DNA of 64,000 nucleotides, from contig JAFGXL010000027.1 in assembly GCA_016936655.1 (NCBI GenBank), forward strand, positions 672 to 64,671, given 5' to 3'. The notes under the pieces are model-generated. The model saw only the letters and a program-made list of their open reading frames with translations. It was not told the DNA's origin and made no database searches. Source of the DNA: Nitrospirota bacterium. GTDB taxonomy: Bacteria > Nitrospirota > Thermodesulfovibrionia > Thermodesulfovibrionales > Dissulfurispiraceae. Numbering within the stretch: position 1 is the stretch's first letter; each line of letters starts with the position of its first letter. Below are positions 17,409 to 26,345 of this stretch, in pieces. Made by a program: the position numbers and the translations under genes.

Positions 17409-18206
17409 ATGAAAAAGTTTCTTTTGTCAGCAGCGGCTTTTTTTGTTATTTTTTCAATAAGCTTGGGTTTATCGCCAGCAACAGCTGCAAACCTTGATGT
17501 TTATATTGGGGTGGATAACTTTATATGGAAAGAATTTGATACCGACGGGTCGAGGTTGTTAAAAGAAAAAGGTCCGGTGTATGTTCTTGGTGTTTCTTCA
17601 AAATTTAACCCAACAGCCGATCTGACAGTAAAAACAAAAGGCGAGATTTACGGTGGAATAATTGACTATGATGGTCAAACATCTATTGGTACTCCAGCCC
17701 AGACTGATACCACTTATTTTGGGATAAAGCTCGAAGGTGATCTTGGTTGGAAAGTCCAAGCGTCAGACTATAGTACAGTTGAGCCGTTTGCCGGTTTGGG
17801 CATGAGATGGTGGGCAAGGGATTTGGAAACTACAAGTACAGCGTCAGGTTATACAGAGATATGGCGTACAATATACGCAAGGGTTGGAGTAAGAGGAGAC
17901 TATAAGGTTTCTGATAGTACCAAAATGTTTGCAGAAGTGGCATACAAGCTTCCTGTTTCTAATGATGAGACAGTTCACAACTACCCTGGTGCAAGCGGAA
18001 ATTTTGATCTAAAGCCTGGCAAAAAGGGTTCAATGTCAGCAGAACTCGGAGTACAGTGGAAGTTATTTAAAGCTTCACTTTTTTATGAAACAATGAGATT
18101 TTCCAGGTCTGATTATGTAGCTATTCCTGGTATGCCTGGTTTTGTTGCCTGCCAGCCTAAGTCTCACGCAGATATTATAGGTCTGAGAGCAGGATTTTCG
18201 TTCTAG
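17409..18206 (+). CDS. outer-membrane beta-barrel protein (unknown family)
   Basis: Signal peptide MKKFLLSAAAFFVIFSISLGLSPATA, alternating beta-strand pattern, and a C-terminal ...GLRAGFSF ending in Phe. AGGAG SD. Confidence 0.6.
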   Translation: MKKFLLSAAAFFVIFSISLGLSPATAANLDVYIGVDNFIWKEFDTDGSRLLKEKGPVYVLGVSSKFNPTADLTVKTKGEIYGGIIDYDGQTSIGTPAQTDTTYFGIKLEGDLGWKVQASDYSTVEPFAGLGMRWWARDLETTSTASGYTEIWRTIYARVGVRGDYKVSDSTKMFAEVAYKLPVSNDETVHNYPGASGNFDLKPGKKGSMSAELGVQWKLFKASLFYETMRFSRSDYVAIPGMPGFVACQPKSHADIIGLRAGFSF

Positions 18207-18220
18207 GTCTGTTTTGCCAG

Positions 18221-18254
18221 AATATATTGCACCTCATATGAGGTGCAATATATT
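18221..18254 (+). terminator. hairpin terminator after the OMP gene
   Basis: Perfect 16-nt inverted arms AATATATTGCACCTCA (18221-18236) and TGAGGTGCAATATATT (18239-18254). A GC-rich core is flanked by A/T-rich ends. Confidence 0.5.
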
Positions 18255-18408
18255 AAAATGGAAATTGATAGTTATTAAAAAACAGTCTGTTTTATCACAG
18301 CCCTCTTTAATTACAAGTGGTTTTCTAGGGATAGACCTATAATCCATTTGCCCTCTTTTTGGTGGTATAATAAGCGGAAGTTGATATTGTATGCGGAGGG
18401 ATTATCTG

Positions 18409-19203
18409 ATGATAGCTGCAAAAAAACTTCTGATTATCGCCGGGCCTTGCGTTATAGAGGATCAGCAAATAACCTTCAGTACTGCTGAGAGATTAAGGGA
18501 CATATGCGCAGCAGCCGGTGTTGATTTTGTATTCAAGGCATCATTTGACAAGGCAAACAGAACATCAATATCTTCCTTCAGAGGCCCTGGGATCGAAAAG
18601 GGGCTCAGCATACTGGCAGAGGTGAAGAGCCGGTTTGGCGTCAAGGTGCTCACAGATATTCATGAGCCTGGTCAGGCATCTGTTGCCGCAAAGAGTGTGG
18701 ATATCCTCCAGATCCCGGCATTTTTATGCAGACAGACAGACCTGATAATCGCTGCCGCAGAAACAGGCAAGCAGGTTAACATAAAAAAAGGCCAGTTCCT
18801 CTCTCCATGGGATATGAAAAACAGCGTTGAAAAGTTCATATCAACAGGAAACAGACAACTGACGCTTACAGACCGCGGCACATGCTTTGGATACAATAAC
18901 CTTGTTGTTGATTACAGATCATTTCCTGTGATGAAGGCATTCGGATACCCTGTAATTTTTGATGTTACCCACAGCCTCCAGCTGCCGGGCGGACAGGGCA
19001 GCTGCTCAGGCGGTCAGAGCGAGTTTGCTGAGCCGCTCGCAAAGGCAGCGATAGCAGCAGGAGCTGACGGCCTCTTTATGGAGGTGCATCCTGATCCGTC
19101 AAAGGCATTATGCGACGGTCCCAATATGATAAGCCTCGACAAGATCGAGACATTCGTAAAAAAGATGAAGGCGCTTTTTGATCATATAGCTCTTAACGGA
19201 TGA
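18409..19203 (+). CDS. kdsA: 3-deoxy-8-phosphooctulonate (KDO-8-P) synthase
   Basis: [12 protein letters not shown]..., [11 protein letters not shown] and [11 protein letters not shown] motifs. ATG 18409 lies 9 nt after GGAGGG (the track start 18391 contains the SD). Confidence 0.9.
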   Translation: MIAAKKLLIIAGPCVIEDQQITFSTAERLRDICAAAGVDFVFKASFDKANRTSISSFRGPGIEKGLSILAEVKSRFGVKVLTDIHEPGQASVAAKSVDILQIPAFLCRQTDLIIAAAETGKQVNIKKGQFLSPWDMKNSVEKFISTGNRQLTLTDRGTCFGYNNLVVDYRSFPVMKAFGYPVIFDVTHSLQLPGGQGSCSGGQSEFAEPLAKAAIAAGADGLFMEVHPDPSKALCDGPNMISLDKIETFVKKMKALFDHIALNG

Positions 19204-19667
19204 TTATGATCTGCAGATATTCTGCATTTATATTATTTATATGCTGTGCTGTTTCAATCTTTTTTGCATTGAACGCAGACTGCGGCAGCGAGATAATCAC
19301 AGATAATGATCTGCAGAAGTACAAAAAAGGCGGAATAATTGTTGATAATCAGACCATTCAAACAAATCAGCCGGTTCAATTAGAAAGGTCTCTCAACAAG
19401 AAGGAGAAGCAGCGCTGGTGCGATGAGGGTGAAAAATACAGAATGCAGATAGCAAAGGCGCAGGAAGATTTAAAGCAGGCAGATAAGCATCTGGCTGAAG
19501 AGAAGGCTCTTTTTCCTGTAACCAATAAAAAGATAAAGGCAGCGCAGGCAAAAAAGTTGAAGGCTGAAAAAGCGCTCAAAGAGTCACAGGCAAAACTGGA
19601 TGCCCTAGAGAACAGGGCTCACAGAAGCAGCATACCTCCCGGCTGGGTGAGGTGCCAGTTTGAATAA
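19200..19667 (+). CDS. hypothetical secreted or membrane-anchored coiled-coil protein
   Basis: 155 aa with a hydrophobic N-terminus and a K/E/A/Q-rich heptad-like C-terminal half. ATGA overlap with the kdsA stop indicates co-translation within the operon. Confidence 0.5.
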   Translation: MIMICRYSAFILFICCAVSIFFALNADCGSEIITDNDLQKYKKGGIIVDNQTIQTNQPVQLERSLNKKEKQRWCDEGEKYRMQIAKAQEDLKQADKHLAEEKALFPVTNKKIKAAQAKKLKAEKALKESQAKLDALENRAHRSSIPPGWVRCQFE

Positions 19668-19689
19668 TAAAATTTCGCGGAAGTGAACA

Positions 19690-20655
19690 ATGTCGAGTAT
19701 TGAGATAGCAAAAAATGTTTTAAAGATAGAGGCTGAAGCTGTTGCAGCGCTTGCGGATAAGCTTGATGCAGGGTTCGAAAAGGCTGTTGAGATAATATAC
19801 AGCTGCAAAGGTAGGGTGGTGGTTACAGGTATGGGTAAATCCGGCCTTATAGGAAAAAAGATAGCAGCTACTTTAGCATCAACAGGCACTCCTGCTTTTT
19901 TCATGCATCCTGCTGAAGCTTCACATGGCGACCTTGGCATGGTGACATCAGATGATGTGATACTAGGCATATCAAACAGCGGCGAGACAGAAGAGATAGT
20001 GCAGCTGGTGCCTTTTATAAAACGCTTTGGAGTCAGCTTTATATCAATGACGGGCAATCCTGAGTCAACAATGTCCAGAGCTGCTGATATTAATCTTGAT
20101 GTTTCTGTAAGCTGTGAGGCATGTCCTATGGGTATAGTGCCTACGGCATCCACTACAGCAGCTGTAGCTATGGGTGATGCTGTAGCTGTGGCTCTGCTAA
20201 CAAAGAGAGGATTTAAGGAAGAGGATTTTGCAGCATTTCATCCTGGAGGCAGCCTCGGCAAGAGACTGTTTATCAAGGTGCAGGATTTGATGCATACCGG
20301 AGATGAACTGCCGATTATAGATCAGGATGAGAGCATAGCCCAGGCAGTTATAGTTATATCTTCAAAGAGGTTAGGGCTTGCTGTTGTACCTGAAAAAGGC
20401 GGCAGTATATCCGGAGTTATAACAGACGGAGACATAAGGCGCGGACTCCAGAAATGGGGCAAGGATTTTTTTGATATGAAGGTAAGGGATGCAATAACAA
20501 AAGGCCCAAAACTTATTGGCGAGGATGAACTTGCTGCAAAGGCTCTCGCTGTGATGCAGCAGCACTCTATAACATCGCTTGTTGTGCCGGACAGCTCCGG
20601 CAGTCCTAAGGGCATAATACATCTGCATGACATTTTAAAGAAAGGTATAGCATGA
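19690..20655 (+). CDS. kdsD: arabinose-5-phosphate isomerase (SIS + CBS pair), KdsD/KpsF
   Basis: SIS motif GMGKSGLIGKKIAATLASTG plus a C-terminal tandem CBS pair. 321 aa. Confidence 0.9.
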   Translation: MSSIEIAKNVLKIEAEAVAALADKLDAGFEKAVEIIYSCKGRVVVTGMGKSGLIGKKIAATLASTGTPAFFMHPAEASHGDLGMVTSDDVILGISNSGETEEIVQLVPFIKRFGVSFISMTGNPESTMSRAADINLDVSVSCEACPMGIVPTASTTAAVAMGDAVAVALLTKRGFKEEDFAAFHPGGSLGKRLFIKVQDLMHTGDELPIIDQDESIAQAVIVISSKRLGLAVVPEKGGSISGVITDGDIRRGLQKWGKDFFDMKVRDAITKGPKLIGEDELAAKALAVMQQHSITSLVVPDSSGSPKGIIHLHDILKKGIA

Positions 20656-21206
20656 CAAGATCAATAAAAAAACTCTCTGCAAAAGAGCTGGCAGCAAGAG
20701 CTGCAAAGATAAAGATGCTGATTCTGGATGTTGACGGAGTAATGACAGACGGCAGCATAATATTCGACAACCATGACAATGAGTTCAAGGTCTTTAATGT
20801 GAGGGACGGCCACGGAATAAAGATGCTGAATAAGGCTGGCATAGGTGTGGCAATTATTACTGGCAGAAAGTCCAGTGTTGTTGCCAGAAGGGCAAAAGAC
20901 CTTGGCATAAAAGATGTCTATCAAGGATTTAAGGTCAAGACAGAAGCATTAGAGAATCTGCTTGAAAAACACGGACTCAACACGAGCGAGACAGCTTTTG
21001 TTGGAGATGATGTGATAGATATTCCTGTTTTGCTGAATGTAGGGCTCGCTATAGCTGTAGCTGATGCTGTTACAGAGGCAAAAAGTGTTGCCCATCATAT
21101 AACAAGAAACAGCGGGGGCAGGGGCGCTGTGCGCGAAGTGTGCGAGCTTATACTAAAATCATCAGGAAAGTGGAAGGCGCTTTTAGATGTCTATTATAAA
21201 GCTTAA
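20652..21206 (+). CDS. kdsC: KDO-8-phosphate phosphatase (HAD-IIIA)
   Basis: LILDVDGVMTDG (HAD motif I) and FVGDDVIDIP. 4-nt overlap with kdsD. Confidence 0.85.
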   Translation: MTRSIKKLSAKELAARAAKIKMLILDVDGVMTDGSIIFDNHDNEFKVFNVRDGHGIKMLNKAGIGVAIITGRKSSVVARRAKDLGIKDVYQGFKVKTEALENLLEKHGLNTSETAFVGDDVIDIPVLLNVGLAIAVADAVTEAKSVAHHITRNSGGRGAVREVCELILKSSGKWKALLDVYYKA

Positions 21207-21723
21207 TCTGCCAACAATCTTAACATTCGGTAGGATAGTGCTCATACCATTTTTCCTCGTAATAACACCCCAGAGCCCTCTGCTCGGCATAGGTATATTC
21301 CTGATAGCCACAATTACAGACTTCCTCGACGGATATTTGGCAAGGCGGTCTGGCCAGATAACAAAATTTGGCATAATACTTGATCCGATAGCTGATAAAT
21401 TTCTAGTAATATCCGCATTAATACTTCTTGTTGACATGGTTCGCATTTCTGTCTGGATAGCCGTTGTAATAATAGTGCGAGAATTTGTTGTTACCGGATT
21501 GCGCGCGGTAGCTCTCTCCAAAGACATAGTAATACCTGCTGACAAAGGCGGTAAATGGAAGGCAGCTACACAGATGGCAGCAATAATATTTCTTCTGCTG
21601 CCCGGGGGCATAGGCGACCTCGATTTTTATGACATCGGTCTGGCGCTTATATATATATCAACAGTGCTTGCTGTGGTCTCAGGAGTAAGATATACAGTAC
21701 AGTTCTGGAAGAACATACAATGA
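21187..21723 (+). CDS. pgsA: CDP-diacylglycerol--glycerol-3-phosphate 3-phosphatidyltransferase
   Basis: CDP-alcohol phosphatidyltransferase motif DFLDGYLARRSGQITKFGIILDPIADK. 20-nt overlap with kdsC. Confidence 0.85.
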   Translation: MSIIKLNLPTILTFGRIVLIPFFLVITPQSPLLGIGIFLIATITDFLDGYLARRSGQITKFGIILDPIADKFLVISALILLVDMVRISVWIAVVIIVREFVVTGLRAVALSKDIVIPADKGGKWKAATQMAAIIFLLLPGGIGDLDFYDIGLALIYISTVLAVVSGVRYTVQFWKNIQ

Positions 21724-22310
21724 TGATTATCCTGCTCTCTTTAGCAGCAGTTATGATTGGATCGATACCTACAGGGCTGCTTATAGCAAAAGCCAAAGGT
21801 ATTGATATAAGAAGCGCTGGCAGCGGCAACATAGGCGCAACAAATGTTATGAGGACTGTGGGCAAGAGTTCTGCACTCTGGACTCTTATAGGTGATATGG
21901 CAAAGGGTATTATTCCGGTAGTTATTGGCAGACTGCTTAATATCCCACAGAACGAACTTGCCGTGGTAGGAATGTCAGCCATACTTGGGCATAACTTTTC
22001 CATATTTCTTAAATTTAGAGGAGGCAAGGGAGTAGCTACAAGCTTGGGAGTGCTGCTGGCATATTCTCCTTATGTGGGCTTATGTACTGCAGCAGTATGG
22101 CTGGTTGTCATGAAGTGGTCAAAGACATCATCTCTGAGTGCGCTTTCCGCCTTCGCTGCTCTGCCTGTAATATTTTTCATCCTCGACAATACAAATCTTA
22201 ATATGATTTTTAGTCTGTTGATAACATTGCTAATATTCATCAGACATACAGATAATATAAGAAGGCTTATTAAAGGTGAAGAGGGCGGCTTCAGAAGGCA
22301 GGAAAAGTGA
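21720..22310 (+). CDS. plsY: glycerol-3-phosphate acyltransferase PlsY
   Basis: [12 protein letters not shown] and [17 protein letters not shown] motifs. 4-nt overlap with pgsA. Confidence 0.9.
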   Translation: MMIILLSLAAVMIGSIPTGLLIAKAKGIDIRSAGSGNIGATNVMRTVGKSSALWTLIGDMAKGIIPVVIGRLLNIPQNELAVVGMSAILGHNFSIFLKFRGGKGVATSLGVLLAYSPYVGLCTAAVWLVVMKWSKTSSLSALSAFAALPVIFFILDNTNLNMIFSLLITLLIFIRHTDNIRRLIKGEEGGFRRQEK

Positions 22311-22987
22311 TGAAAAGGGCTGTAGTTCTACTGAGCGGCGGGCTCGATTCAGCAACTTCGGCAGTTATGGCAAAGTCTGAAGGCTATGATATATATGCCC
22401 TAAGCTTTGACTACGCACAGAGGCATATTGTCGAGCTCGATTCAGCGAAAAAGATCGCTAAGTTTGTTGGAGCAAAGGATCATCTTGTCATAAAGTTCGA
22501 TATGTCAACTATCGGAGGATCTGCTCTCACTTCAAATATTGACGTGCCAAAAGACAAGTTGCCTGATGCATCTTCCATACCAGTTACATATGTGCCTGCG
22601 CGCAACACTATATTCCTCTCATTCGCTCTTGGTTGGGCAGAGGTATTGGGAGCAGAGGATATATTTATTGGCGCAAACGCGATAGACTACAGCGGTTATC
22701 CTGACTGCAGGCCTGAGTATATAGATGCATTCGAAAATATGGCTAACCTGGCTACAAAGGCTGCTGTAGAAGGCAGAAGCAGATTCAGGATCAGAGCGCC
22801 TCTGCTGAATATGTCCAAATCAGAAATAATAAAAAAAGGCAGCAATCTCGGGCTGGACTATTCTCTAACATGGAGCTGCTATGATCCTCAGCAAAATGGT
22901 TTAGTTTATGTCCCGTGCGGAAGGTGTGATAGCTGTGTATTAAGGGGCAGAGGTTTTAAAGAGGCTGGTCTGGCAGATCCAGCTTAA
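22307..22987 (+). CDS. queC: 7-cyano-7-deazaguanine synthase
   Basis: PP-loop [10 protein letters not shown] and a C-terminal Zn-Cys cluster CY...CGRCDSC. 4-nt overlap with plsY. Confidence 0.9.
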   Translation: MMKRAVVLLSGGLDSATSAVMAKSEGYDIYALSFDYAQRHIVELDSAKKIAKFVGAKDHLVIKFDMSTIGGSALTSNIDVPKDKLPDASSIPVTYVPARNTIFLSFALGWAEVLGAEDIFIGANAIDYSGYPDCRPEYIDAFENMANLATKAAVEGRSRFRIRAPLLNMSKSEIIKKGSNLGLDYSLTWSCYDPQQNGLVYVPCGRCDSCVLRGRGFKEAGLADPA

Positions 22988-23083
22988 TCACAAAAGTTCT
23001 GCATCTGTATGCCTCTGTAATCTGCTATTGAAAATATCAGATACATTTAAAAAATTTGCTTAGCAAAAGCGCATATCTTAATC

Positions 23084-23112
23084 TTGACCCAGAGTCTGTA
23101 TAAGGTTAAACT
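23084..23112 (+). promoter_or_regulatory. sigma70-like promoter placing the TSS on the ACS start codon (possible leaderless mRNA)
   Basis: TTGACC 23084-23089, 17-nt spacer, TAAACT 23107-23112. ATG 23119 is 7 nt downstream, and no SD lies between them. Confidence 0.35.
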
Positions 23113-23118
23113 TATCTA

Positions 23119-25227
23119 ATGCTCACCACTCTATTTGAACCAGCTACAATAGCAGTGATCGGAGCTTCAGCTGATCCGGCAAAGGTGGGTCATTCTGTCT
23201 TAAATAATCTTATTATTCACAAGTATGGCGGAAGGATATGCCCTGTAAATCCTTCTGCATCACAAATCCTCGGACTAAAGTCATACAAAAGCGTATCTGA
23301 GATTGAAGGCGGAATCGATTGCGCTGTTATTGTTATCCCTGCCAAACATGTGCCTTCAGTTCTTGCAGAGGCTGCGGACTGCAGCGCAAAGGCTGCTATC
23401 GTAATAAGCGCAGGATTCAAAGAGGCAGGCAGAGAGGGCTTGCTTCTGGAAGATGAGCTGAAGCGCATATCAAAAGAAAAGGGCATAAGCATTGTAGGCC
23501 CTAACTGTCTCGGCATAATAAATACAGCAAACAGCATGAATGCGACCTTTGCTGCAGGCATGCTGCCAAAAGGGAGGATAGCATTCTTTTCCCAGTCAGG
23601 AGCGCTGGGCATAGCTATACTCGACTGGGCTATAGGCAACAAGATAGGATTTTCAAAATTCATCAGCCTTGGCAACAAGGCGCATCTGAATGAAGTGGAC
23701 TTTATGGAATATCTTGTGAATGATCCGGAGACAGACGTAATACTTGGGTATATTGAGGATGTTGTTGACGGAAGGGCATTTCTGGAGGCTGCGAAAAAGG
23801 CTACACGCAAGAAGCCTGTTATTATTCTTAAATCAGGCGGCACAGAGGCAGGAGCAAGGGCAGCCTCATCCCACACAGGAGCTCTTGCCGGCTCAGAGAC
23901 CGCATTCAGGGCGGCATTCAGGCAGGCAGGCATTATAAAGGCCGAGGGCATACAGGACCTTTTTGATACAGCTCTCGCTTTTGCGGGCGGCAGACTGCCT
24001 GATGGCAACAGGCTTCTTGTCATAACAAATGCAGGAGGCCCGGGCATAATAGCTGCTGATGCCTCAGAAAAGCTTGGTGTCTCTCTGCCCCAGATGACCA
24101 AAGAGAGCATAAGCGCAATTCAGAATAAACTCCCTCCGAATGCTTCTATTTATAATCCGGTTGATATTATTGGAGACGCAACTTCAGGACGCTACAGCGT
24201 AGTAATAGAGACAGCTGTTAATGATCCTAATGTTGATGCACTGCTAGTTATACTTACTCCCCAGGCAATGACTGATGTAGAGAATACAGCAGATATAGTG
24301 ATTAAAAATGCCAGCAGCACAACAAAGCCTGTTATCGCATGTTTTATGGGAGAAGAGAGGGTCAGATCCTCGATAAACAGGATGAAGGAGCATAGGATAC
24401 CTAATTTTTCTTATCCTGAGGTTGCTGTTAAAGAGTTTAAAGTGTTGTCGGACTACAGCAGATGGCGCAATTCAGCGAGAGATGAAAATACATTCTCATG
24501 CGGCAATAAAGATGCTGTTTCAGATTTGATTGAAAAGGCTCTGTCAGAAGGCAGATACCAGCTTGGAGAAGATATGGCTATGGAGATCCTAAGTCATTAT
24601 GGATTTTCCTTTCCTGAGCGCGGCCTCGCAAAGACAGCTATGGATGCAGCAATAATAGCTGAGAGGATAGGTTTTCCTGTAGTTATGAAAATAGCATCCC
24701 CTGACATTCTTCACAAGACAGATGTAGGAGGCATAAAGCTAAACATCAGCACGCCTGCTGCGGCAGAAGACGCGTTTCTGGAGATAACCTCCAATGTGCA
24801 GAGATTTATGCCAGACGCTTTTATAAACGGAGTAATGATGTACGAGATGATAAAGGGAGGCAAAGAGGTTATACTGGGCGTTACTTATGACAGGACATTT
24901 AATCATATGCTGATGTTCGGTCTTGGAGGCATATATGTAGAGGTGCTCAAGGATGTCTCCTTCAGGATAGCTCCTGTGTCGCGTCATGAAGCAGAGGCTA
25001 TGATAAGCGAGATACGCACATCAGCTCTTCTTAGGGGGGCAAGAGGCGAAAAGCCTGCTGACATAGATGCTGTTGTAGAAAGCATAATAAAGCTCTCATG
25101 TCTTGTTACAGACTTTCCGATTATTCACGAACTAGATATCAACCCTTTAATGGTGATGCATAAAGGCGCATTTGCGCTCGATGCCAGAACTATTCTGGAA
25201 CCGGAAAAAGACAGCAAAGGCTTTTAA
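23119..25227 (+). CDS. acetate--CoA ligase (ADP-forming), fused alpha/beta type (NDP-forming acyl-CoA synthetase)
   Basis: 702 aa. N-terminal CoA-binding LFEPATIAVIGAS, phosphohistidine loop SSHTGALAGS, and a C-terminal ATP-grasp region. Confidence 0.85.
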   Translation: MLTTLFEPATIAVIGASADPAKVGHSVLNNLIIHKYGGRICPVNPSASQILGLKSYKSVSEIEGGIDCAVIVIPAKHVPSVLAEAADCSAKAAIVISAGFKEAGREGLLLEDELKRISKEKGISIVGPNCLGIINTANSMNATFAAGMLPKGRIAFFSQSGALGIAILDWAIGNKIGFSKFISLGNKAHLNEVDFMEYLVNDPETDVILGYIEDVVDGRAFLEAAKKATRKKPVIILKSGGTEAGARAASSHTGALAGSETAFRAAFRQAGIIKAEGIQDLFDTALAFAGGRLPDGNRLLVITNAGGPGIIAADASEKLGVSLPQMTKESISAIQNKLPPNASIYNPVDIIGDATSGRYSVVIETAVNDPNVDALLVILTPQAMTDVENTADIVIKNASSTTKPVIACFMGEERVRSSINRMKEHRIPNFSYPEVAVKEFKVLSDYSRWRNSARDENTFSCGNKDAVSDLIEKALSEGRYQLGEDMAMEILSHYGFSFPERGLAKTAMDAAIIAERIGFPVVMKIASPDILHKTDVGGIKLNISTPAAAEDAFLEITSNVQRFMPDAFINGVMMYEMIKGGKEVILGVTYDRTFNHMLMFGLGGIYVEVLKDVSFRIAPVSRHEAEAMISEIRTSALLRGARGEKPADIDAVVESIIKLSCLVTDFPIIHELDINPLMVMHKGAFALDARTILEPEKDSKGF

Positions 25228-25243
25228 ATTCAGGAGGAGCGTT

Positions 25244-26302
25244 ATGATTCCGTTATTCATCATATCCAACAGCCCTTTTACAGGCAAGACTTTTCTTTCT
25301 CTTGGAATAGGTCTTTCGCTAAAGGAAAGGGGCTTTAAGGTGGGCTATATAAAACCAATAGGTTCTCATCCTGTAAAGGTTGGCAAAGCCCTTTATGCTG
25401 CTGATAGCATATTCATGAAAGAGGCGCTGGATCTTCAGGACCCTCTGGATGTTATATCTCCGTTTGTCATGAATTATGAGAGTCAGGAGTCTCTTCTTAA
25501 AGGAGATCAGCAGAAGGCTTCTGAAAAGGTGAAAAATGCTTTTAGCGCTCAGGCTGACAAGGATGTGCTTATAGTGGGCGGCTCGGGCAGCATATTTAAT
25601 GGGTTTTCTTTTGGCATAGATATATTTCAGATAATAAGAGAGTTGAACGGCAAGGTGCTTATAGTGGATGCATGGAAGGCCGAAAATACAGCTGATACTA
25701 TTCTCGGACTCGCAAATCTAGTAAAGGATCATGTAGTGGGAGGAATAATCAACAGGGTGCCTCAAAGCGCTCTCGCATATGTGAGGACAGAGGTGAGCGG
25801 CTTTTTGGAGAAACAGGGAGTGCCTTTGATCGGAGCTTTTCCTAAGGACAGCCTTCTTGAATCCATAACCGTAAGACAGCTCAAGGATCTGCTTGGCGGC
25901 AGCCTGCTCTGCTGCGAAGAAGCTCTTGATGAATATGTGGAGCACTTCTCTGTAGGAGCTATGGATGTTGACAGCGCACTCAATTATTTCAGGAGGCTTC
26001 ATAACAAGGCAGTAATAACAGGTGCTCATAGATCTGATATACAGCTGGCAGCTATGGAGACATCCACCAAATGCATAATATTAACTGGCGGACTACAGGC
26101 AAATGAGGTTGTTGTAAAGAGGGCTGAGGCAAAAGGGATACCTATACTTTCTGTAAATGAAGATACATTTAGTGTTATTGACACAATAGAGACAGCAATA
26201 GGAAAGACAAGGATTAGAGAAAAGGGCAAAACAGCTCGTGCAAAGGAGATGGTGGCAGCTGGTATAGATTTTCAGAGACTTTTAAAAACACTTGGCAGAT
26301 AG
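25244..26302 (+). CDS. phosphotransacetylase N-terminal-like protein (DTBS-like P-loop + DRTGG domain), no PTA catalytic domain
   Basis: ATG 25244 follows AGGAGG (25232-25237). N-terminal SNSPFTGKTFLSLG, and a C-terminal KCIILTGGLQANEVVVKRAEAKGIPILSV (DRTGG-type). The track start 25172 overlaps the ACS gene and is unlikely. Confidence 0.7.
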   Translation: MIPLFIISNSPFTGKTFLSLGIGLSLKERGFKVGYIKPIGSHPVKVGKALYAADSIFMKEALDLQDPLDVISPFVMNYESQESLLKGDQQKASEKVKNAFSAQADKDVLIVGGSGSIFNGFSFGIDIFQIIRELNGKVLIVDAWKAENTADTILGLANLVKDHVVGGIINRVPQSALAYVRTEVSGFLEKQGVPLIGAFPKDSLLESITVRQLKDLLGGSLLCCEEALDEYVEHFSVGAMDVDSALNYFRRLHNKAVITGAHRSDIQLAAMETSTKCIILTGGLQANEVVVKRAEAKGIPILSVNEDTFSVIDTIETAIGKTRIREKGKTARAKEMVAAGIDFQRLLKTLGR

Positions 26303-26345
26303 GTGGTATCATATAGTGGTATGGTACATGTGAACGGGAGGATCT

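Noticed and set aside
23217-24110. 297-aa minus-strand ORF inside the ADP-forming ACS gene
   Set aside because: It is antisense to a strongly supported CDS, is low-complexity Ala/Ser/Pro-rich, and has no SD.
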